The position numbers and the translations under genes are program-made. Below, one piece after another: positions 55,701 through 64,000 of a stretch of DNA of 64,000 bases. The DNA comes from the human T2T-CHM13v2.0 reference genome, Homo sapiens. Below the pieces are notes generated by a model. That model did not search any database and had not been told where the DNA came from. It worked only from the letters and a program-made list of their open reading frames with translations. The DNA lies in assembly GCF_009914755.1 (NCBI RefSeq), contig NC_060928.1, one strand, 5' to 3'. Each line of letters starts with the position of its first letter. Within the stretch, counting starts at the first letter, position 1.

Positions 55701-57084
55701 CGTAATTTGTGTACAGTTGACTTGTACAAATATTTAAGGTGCATGTAAACAGATTCTTACAATCTCACTTTCAGAGGTAAGCATACTGGCAATTATTTCA
55801 TATTGGTAGGATAAGAAAGTCCCAAGTTTTCAAGTATCTGTAAAAAGGAACAAATACTCATGGAAAGAAAAATAGCAGGTACGTTCTTACCTTATCAGTC
55901 CCTTATATGAAAATAATTGGGCAGCAAAGACAGATATAATAGGTCACCTCAAAAAAACAGAACAACATTTACAAGAGACCGTGGCATGATAAGAACAGTG
56001 ATACTATAAGCTTGCAACTGTTGTCATCCATCATACTGGGAATACAAATAAGAATGAGATTTGAAAAAGGATATACGCAGGCAAAGCTGGATTTAAATTA
56101 TAATAGCTTGCTAAACCTTTTCAAAGCTTTTTCTCAAGAAGCATTTATTTTTTCTCATCAAAAGCAATTAAACAAATAACTCAGCATCACAGGTAAGGCA
56201 AATGCAGATGACTCCAGGCCTGCAACAGAGAGCAGACATTGCTTCTATAATCAAATGGAAATCTCATGAGCATTACGAAAGTAACCAGAGCAGCTGCCTT
56301 TGAATTCTGCCAAAGAGACAGATGCTCTTGAAACATCCCCTTCCACTGCTGCTGCCTGAGTCCCAGTAGGGCACTATTGTCATGCCATTCCACTTGTATT
56401 TTATTATTTTACTCATAGCCACATTTTACTTAGACTATTAAAACTTTGATAGAAATTAAATGTCATGTGTTCACATTAGACTTTCACTAGCAGCTCTATT
56501 CTCTGTGAAATATTTTAGTCTGAGAAGAATCCAGATTTCACTGAAAACATTCCTTCCTTAGCCATTCAAGTACGATTTTTTTTTAATTTAGCACTAACAT
56601 CTTAAAGGACAAAGGTCTCAGTTTTACATATTTAAAAGAAAATAACTTAAACCTATGATCACTACCATAACAAACGTTTGCATCAAATAACATTAAAAAT
56701 ATGTCTTATATACCAAGTAGAACATTGTATTTATCTAAGATAAATATTGAATCATTTTTTCCCATGTACATTCATAGTGACTGCTTTACATTAGGGTTAA
56801 TTGTTCCCTAATACTTGCGGAAAAAAATCCCAAATTGTATTGTTTTAATCAGGGGCCCAGAAAAACTAAAATACAAGACAATTTATCCAGTTTTTTAAAT
56901 TGTGTTTGTAAAGTGCATTTTTCTTTTTTATTGTTGATATTTTAAGGTTTTATGAATTTTAACAAAAGGCATATAAACATAAAAAGTAAGATATTTTAAG
57001 CCTATATTCAGAAAATTGAAATTCTGAGTTGCTGGATTATAGCCAGAGCACATAATACAATATAGTAAAAAAATAAAACAAATG

Positions 57085-58165
57085 AATACCATTCAGGACA
57101 TAGGCACGGACAAAGACTTCATATGAAAATGCCAAAAGCAATCGCAACAAAAGCCAAAATTAACAAACGGGATCTAATTAAACTAAAGGGCTTCTGCACA
57201 GCAAAAGAAATTATCATCAGAGTGAAAAGCCAACCTACAGAATGGGAGAAAATTTTTGCAATCTACCCATCTGACAAAGGTCTAATATCCATAATTTCCA
57301 AGGAACTTAAACAAATTTACAAGAAAAAAACAACCCTATCAAAAAGTGGTCAAAGGATATGAACAAACCACTTCTCAAAAGAAGACATTTACTCTGCCAG
57401 CAAACATGAGAAAAAGTTCAACATCACTGATCATCAGAGAAATGCAAATCAAAACCACAATGAGATACCATCTCACGCCAATTGGGATGGTTATTATTAA
57501 AAAGTCAAGAAACAATAGATGCTGGCAAGGCTGTGGAGAAACAGAAACACTTTTACCCTTTTGGTGGGAATGTAAATTAGTTCAACCATTGTGGAACACA
57601 GTATGGTAATTCCTCAAGGATCTAGAACCAGAAATACTATTTGATCCAGCAATCCCATTACCGGACATATATCCAAAAGAATATAAATCATTCTACTATA
57701 AAGACACATGCACATGTATGTTTATTGCAACACTATTTACAATAGCAAAGTCATGGAACCAACCCAAATGCCCATCAATGATGGAATGGATAAATGAAAT
57801 GTGGTACATATACACCATGGAATAATATGCAGCCATAAAAAGGAATGAGATCATGTCCTTTGCAGGGACATGGATGAAGCTGGAAGCCATCATCCTCAGC
57901 AAACTAACACATGAACAGAAAACCAAACATGGTATGTTCTCACTTATAAGTGGGAGTTGAACAATGAGGACATATGAACACAGAGAGGGGAACAACACAC
58001 ACCAGGGCCTGTTGCAGGGTTGGGGGTAAAGGGAAGGAACTTAGAAGATGGGTCAGTAGGTGCAGCAAACCACCATGGCACACGTATGCCTATGTAACAA
58101 ACCTGCATGTTCTGCACATGTATCCTGGAACTTAAAGTAAAATTTAAAAAAATAATAATAATAAA
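57085..58165 (+). mobile_element. 5'-truncated L1PA8-like element, ~1.1 kb
   Basis: ORF2 peptides [10 protein letters not shown] and [15 protein letters not shown]; 3'UTR 'gaacttagaagatgggtcagtaggtgcagcaaaccacc'; (AAT)n tail. Confidence 0.95.
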
Positions 58166-58249
58166 GAAATTGTTAGCTTATTTGATCCTTAAGTTTATTC
58201 AAAAAATCATATGAGTTGCATTGAAATTAGTGGCCTTAAGAATGAGGAA

Positions 58250-58480
58250 TATAGTATAGTCGTCAAGGTTATGGTTATTGAGCCAGATTGCCAGGCTCAA
58301 AGTTTGTGTCTGCCATATAATAACTGGGCAAACTTTCACAAATTATTTAAATTCTCTGTGTCTGTCTTTATCTACAAACTGTGCATCATATTTGTATATA
58401 TCTCACAGGGGTATTGTGAGAAGTAAATGAGTTAATTTTGTAAAGTACTTACAACAGTGTCTGGCATATAGTAAATGTAC
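58250..58480 (+). mobile_element. MIR, near full length
   Basis: 'gagccagattgcc', 'gtaaagtacttacaacagtgtctggcatatagtaa'. Confidence 0.85.
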
Positions 58481-59379
58481 CATTTTTTTCCAGTAAGTTT
58501 TCGAATAAATATTTGTCCAATACTTTTTTAAAAGTTAATTTCAAGCTACATGAGTATATATCTTTTTATGTATGTATGGTAAGTAATGCTTGACAAATAT
58601 TATTTTCTCAATCCCTTTTGCTTTTCTACCAAAAATATGATAGGGTTCTCAACTACTGAGACTTACTGGGACAGATAATAAAAGATACATTAAAAGCCAT
58701 GCACTGAATTGGAAGCACATAAGCCATGAGTCTGTAGACTTAAATCCTTATTTGTAAAACTAAAAAGGGAGGTGCTAGTAAGTAGATGATACATCTCTTC
58801 TAAATCTAAAAATGTGAATTTTACTATTTCTCGTTAAATTCATAAGAAAAAGTGTCCCTTCTAAAATATAAAGACATTAAAAATGTAAGAGAGCTGTATA
58901 CATGATAATTATTATCTTTTATTGGTATTCTGTTGAAATTTTTACAATTTACTACTGTTATTGTCACATAATAATATGTACTGTCTTAATTAATTATTTA
59001 AACACATCAAATTAGGGAACAAGACCACCATTAAATATTTGAACATAGATGACAGTCATTTGAACTCTCTAATTAAGTTTAGTATCAGTTGTTAAACATG
59101 CTGACTTGGCCCTTTAAATGTTATGCATAAACATTATATTTCAGAAGAAAATCATCACCTAATAGGAGAAACAACTTTGTCCTTCTTCATTTCAAGTTTA
59201 AGTAATATGTTTTTCAGTAACGATAATATTTTTAGTATCAGTGCTATTGATCATGAACTATGTGCCATGGTAAGAATGCAAATAAATTAGTGTAAGACAA
59301 TGCTATGAAACATCACAGTCATTTATCTTGAATTGATGCATCAACTGCAGATATGGAAATATTATTACTGTTGGGGTTT

Positions 59380-59876
59380 ATACCAGTTATCTATTGTTGT
59401 GTAGCAAACTGCGCAAAAACTTATTGGCCTAAAACAGCAAATGTTTGTTATAGTTTTCCTGGGAGAAGGAATCTGATCACAGCTTAGCTCTGTCTCAAAG
59501 TCTCTCACAAGGCTGCAAAAATTGGGGCTGGGGCTGAGATTTTGTCTGGAGTCTCACTTCCAAGCAGAATTGTTAGCAGAACTTAGGTCTTCACTGGGTA
59601 CCAGCAGAGAATATTAGTTCCTTGCCACATTTGCCTCTCCACAGAGAAGCTCACAAGTCATCTGGCTTCCATACAAGTGAGAAAGTGAAAGTAAAAGGAA
59701 GAGCAAGACTGCCAGAGTTCTTTGTAACCTAATTGCAGATGTAACATCCCATCGCTTTCTGTATTCATTAGAAGTGAATGAAATGAATCTGTAATAGAGT
59801 AATTCAGAAATATACAAGAGCATGCAAACCAAGAAGTTAGAAAATATTTGGGACAAATTTATAATTTTTCTACCAC
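59380..59876 (-). mobile_element. MLT1 (F-H-like) MaLR LTR
   Basis: Antisense start 'tataccagttatctattgttgtgtagcaaac...ggcctaaaacagcaa'. Confidence 0.75.
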
Positions 59877-60844
59877 AGAATTGCAGCAAAAATGTTGTGT
59901 ACTGGGTATTTAGTTTTGTTCATGAACATTTTTATATTAAAATATGGTAAAATTTTTATTAAATTACTTGATTGATGTTAAAGATTTTAGAGTTAGGACT
60001 CTAGCCAGTTTTATATTTTGCCACAATTTCAAGAATATGAAGTGATGCCATCTTAATGCTTTCCATCTCAGAAGCATAGTCATTGTGCTCAGATGGTTTC
60101 CAATAACTGCCTGTTTTAAACAGTTGCTTCATAACTATATAGAAATAGTGAAATCCAATAGAAACACAGTCAAAAATACAAGTTGTGAATACTACAGCAA
60201 TTTATAGCTACTTTATAGATTCCCATCTGTTTGGTCTTGTCAACATTGTTAATTTATTGACTGTGCTTATGACTTTAATGTAAAAGTTATGCTATAATAA
60301 TTAGATTCTTCTAACTTGTTAAGTTACAGTGGTTTTCCTGAGTTCATATAGTATAAAGTTTTCAGATAGATTTTCTTGGTTTTAGGATATCTAATATCTC
60401 GCTTACACATGGAAGACAAAATTCCATGTGTGGATATCTGACAGTAGGCTAAATATTGCCATATGTAGAGCAAATGTAATTCTCATGGCATTGCCAAAAG
60501 AAAAACCCCTTGTATCATCTTGACCCAAATTATTATTCTTTAAATAAGACTATATGTGGGCACAAGAGTTTTCAAATACATAAACACCTGAATATTTCCA
60601 TTATATAATTTTTTTAGGTCAAATTTTCTACTTTGTGTTATAAGAGAGAAAAGAGTGGCTTTAAAAAAAAATCAAGCAATCTGCATTTTAAAAGGTTAAT
60701 ACTTTTGTGAAGCTTTTTGAAATGTAGTAAACCTAACTTGTTAAACTATATTTTTATATATTCAAATCCTTAGGTCATAATTATTTTGTCATTCAAGATC
60801 TATGACAGTTTGGATGACCAAATTATTTTTTTTCTTGTCCTCAG

Positions 60845-61430
60845 CACCTGGATGAAGCGTGGAGAAATTTGTTGAGATGATAAAGCCTATAGATAGAAAA
60901 AGTTGCACAGAAGGGTTGGAAAAGGAGCTTGACTTAGGTGGTGTTGAATACAAGAAGTTTATTACTTAATCAGATGGAGATACTGAATAGGCAATTGAAT
61001 ATGAGTCTGAATTTAAAGGGAATGATACTGGCAATTATCACCACACAAATGGTATGGCTAGCATGAGACCTGATAAGTTCATTTAAGTATTAACATATGT
61101 AGAGATAGGAAGAAACAAGCAAACCGTCTAAGACAGAATGACTAGTATTGTCAGAAGACTGAGAATGGCATCAAAGAAACCAAGTTAAAGATGTGCTTCA
61201 AAAATCTGCAACTGCATCTCTTACACACACATACACACACAAATACACACACACACACACATATATACACACACAGATATATAAGATGAAGACTAAAACT
61301 TAATCTTGAGTACAGTGATATGGATGTCATTGTTGACATTGACAAATTATATTTCACTTTACTAAGTGGAGCCAACTTCTTACTGGAGTGGGCTCAACAC
61401 AAAATGGAGGACAAAATGGAGACAAAAATA
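60845..61430 (-). mobile_element. L2 fragment containing (CA)n at ~61223-61275
   Basis: 'ggagatactgaataggcaattgaatatgagtctg' and 'ggatgtcattgttgacattgac'. Confidence 0.65.
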
Positions 61431-61699
61431 TGGACAATGGGCATTTGTTAACTTGACAAGATTTTTTTTAGCTATGTATTAGTGATGAATGGCTAAATGT
61501 TATTGATTTTTTTTGAAATAATAAGAGTGAAAGAGACATAATAAGCTTAGAAAATTCTTGAGGATTCTTGTGTGAGTAAATAAATGAACTATAAAATAAA
61601 ACAAAATAGCAAAATATAAAAGCTAAGTCTGGTTCTTTGAAATGCTTGACGTGATTTATAAATCTTGGGAAAAATTAATAAAGGAAAAAGAAAGAAAAT

Positions 61700-61860
61700 A
61701 TGAATGTACAATGGGAGGGGGTGAGAAATGAGAAATTATGTAATGTGTATAGTGTACACTATATGGGCGTTGGTTACACTAAAAATTCAAATTTCACCAC
61801 TATACAATATATCAATGTAATGAAACTGCACTCATACTTCCCAAATCTATTTTTAAAATT
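61700..61860 (+). mobile_element. Short L1MA/L1PB4-like 3' end within an older L1ME fragment (~61580-62250)
   Basis: 'ggttacactaaaaattcaaatttcaccactatacaatatatc'. Confidence 0.8.
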
Positions 61861-62489
61861 CAGAATAAAAATGCAAATTAGCTTCTAACACATTGATTTA
61901 TAAAATATAATGTAATAATATTAAAATAAATTTTATCCTTATAAATTTGCAAATGTATCTGAAAATAAATTTATGTAAAACTATAAATATAAAAAATGAC
62001 AGGAAAATAAACAGAAGTCTCAAATAAGTTACTTTTTAATAAGTAGAAATTAATTAAAGCCTCATAATCTGCTTACTCCAAAATTCCTAGACCTGTGTGC
62101 TAATTTTTTTCTTGGAGAATTTCACCTAATACTTAAGGGCTTGATCATCTCTTTCTAAGACTTATAGGTTCTTTTCACTTATGAACAAATATCCAAATAT
62201 CTTTAAAAAATGTTTGGTTAACTGAATCCTATAGTATATTAAATGCATTATAAATGTAGGTTGAGCACATGGACAAAAAGAGCAAGCCAGCATGTGAAAA
62301 AAGATGGGAAGAGTTCCATCCAGCAAGAGGAACACATGAAAGTACTGAATTAGGAAAGACCTTGGAACATTAAAGAAAACTAGAAAGGAAACACAGTGAC
62401 TTCCATCTGTCAGACACTGCTTGAACTAACAAGCTGGAAGCAATTGGCAGTTTCAACATCAGATCATGCACATTACATGCTTTTGATAC

Positions 62490-62645
62490 CTCAATATTTT
62501 TGTGAAGCTGCTTCTTGGGTGGTTGCTGTGATAAAAAGGAAGTAGTTTGTAAAAATCAATATGAAACAGAAAAAAAGAGTGTTAGTGTCCAATTTGAATC
62601 CAATAGTTAAGAAAATATGCAATATCCAACAAGCACACATTCACT
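62490..62645 (+). mobile_element. hAT-Charlie transposase C-terminal remnant
   Basis: Reads CEAASWVVAVIKRK*...VSNLNP...QQAH, resembling the Charlie hATC 'CE..FS....IK.KYR' end. Confidence 0.55.
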
Positions 62646-63581
62646 GGAGAAAATGCAGAAAAAGGCATTTAGTATTGTATGTTGCAAACGTGGTGAAGCA
62701 GAGGTGAATAAAGCATCAGAAGGATGGCCAGATTATTCCTCCTTCCAACATCTCCGAATGAGCAATTTTAAGTCCTTGCCATGGGCTGAAAAATAAAAGT
62801 CAATAGATGCACAAAGATTCAAACACAGATAACGAAAGCTAATTGAGTATTTCTACTCTTTTCATGTCATTGAGTATCTACTAAAAAAACTCTGGATAAG
62901 GAAATTTATGGTAGTTAACCCAGCAGATGAAACCAAAAGAAACTAATAACAGAATTTATTAGCTGTTATTTAAGAGCTCAAACATAAATTATTGTGACTT
63001 TAAAAATCAAAGTATTTCATGATCATACATATAAAACTAAATATTGGGTGTGAAATGGAGACGACACTGATTCAAACATTTTTCATTTAAAAATTTAATA
63101 GGGTCTAATATATACATTTACAATATTCAGGTTAAAATTAAAAATAATGTATTAGAACACACTTAAAATAATATCCCATTTCCTTTTGCTTTGTATTGTG
63201 CTATAAGCTTATAAATATGCCTACACATATCTAATGGAAAGGAAAACATAGGTTGTATCATATCTGGAAGATATTGATTTTGAAAATAAAAGATCCAGAT
63301 CTGATATTATACCAGAGACAGTAAAATCGGAATGCTTAAAAGCCGTATTCAAGAGGACTCTCAAATTTCTCTACTCTCCTTAGCATTTGGTTCCATTCTT
63401 CTACATGAGATTTTATATGTCTTCTAGCAGAAAGAAGGATGTGGGAAACGGGAAATGGGACAGTGAAGTAAAACAGGAAAGTTTCTAGTTCAAATAAATT
63501 TACTAGTTCAAAATGATGACCATACAGTCAAATACAGAACTTTAAAATGTTTCCACTTCTCACTGGTACAAATCTTCAATT

Positions 63582-63652
63582 GTGCTGTCCATTATATTAT
63601 TAACAATAGATGGATGTACCACTGTTGCAGAAAGTTCTATTGGACAGTGCTG
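63582..63652. mobile_element. MER3/MER33-like hAT MITE remnant
   Basis: TIR pair gtgctgtcca.../...ttggacagtgctg with 'gcagaaagttctattgg'. Confidence 0.65.
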
Positions 63653-64000
63653 CTATAGGATGAATACAATATGAAAGGGCATCGATTGATTTCCTTACTA
63701 AATATATACTGTATGATGGTAGCAACCTTTTTTTCTAGATAACATTATTTTCTACATTATGCTTTGAAAACATATCATAGACAAATGGAATGTAATATGT
63801 TTTTTGAAAATGCATGTATGTGGTTAAATAGATATTAATAAATTAGTCTTCACAATGCAATGGTAAAATGATAAACAGTTAGTATTAAGAAAATGTACAC
63901 GACATATGAAAAAAAAAACTGGACTCCTAAAGGTAGACTTCAGATGAATTAGAGATTTAAGTATAAAATATAAACCTAAAAATCTATGCAAAGAAAATAA

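Noticed and set aside
60405-60431. 10 bp-arm hairpin acacatggaa...ttccatgtgt
   Set aside because: Too short to distinguish from chance in 64 kb.

Overview
AT-rich, CpG-depleted primate (human-like) nuclear DNA made mostly of interspersed repeats: L1 of several ages, AluJ/S/Y, MIR, L2, MaLR/ERVL/ERV1 solo LTRs, and hAT/Tigger DNA-transposon fossils. I can support no intact protein-coding gene, RNA gene or CRISPR array; the ORFs I can assign are L1, Alu or pseudogene remnants and the rest look like chance ORFs. The one recognisable gene-derived sequence is an old, intronless, minus-strand processed pseudogene of THAP12 (PRKRIR, ~31.25-35.15 kb). It sits inside an old L1 and later gained an MST LTR, two in-frame tandem duplications and a (CA)n tract. 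The most unusual signal is a set of short locally templated copy events: a ~110 bp direct copy pasted into an LTR 1.2 kb away, a ~55 bp copy 2.8 kb from its source, a 23 bp perfect inverted repeat, and an inverted copy of a transposon target site. Two twin-priming L1 inversions and three candidate exons are also present. I see no convincing evidence of a new biological system. Repeat subfamily names come from recalled consensus sequences and were not computed; boundaries of old elements are approximate.
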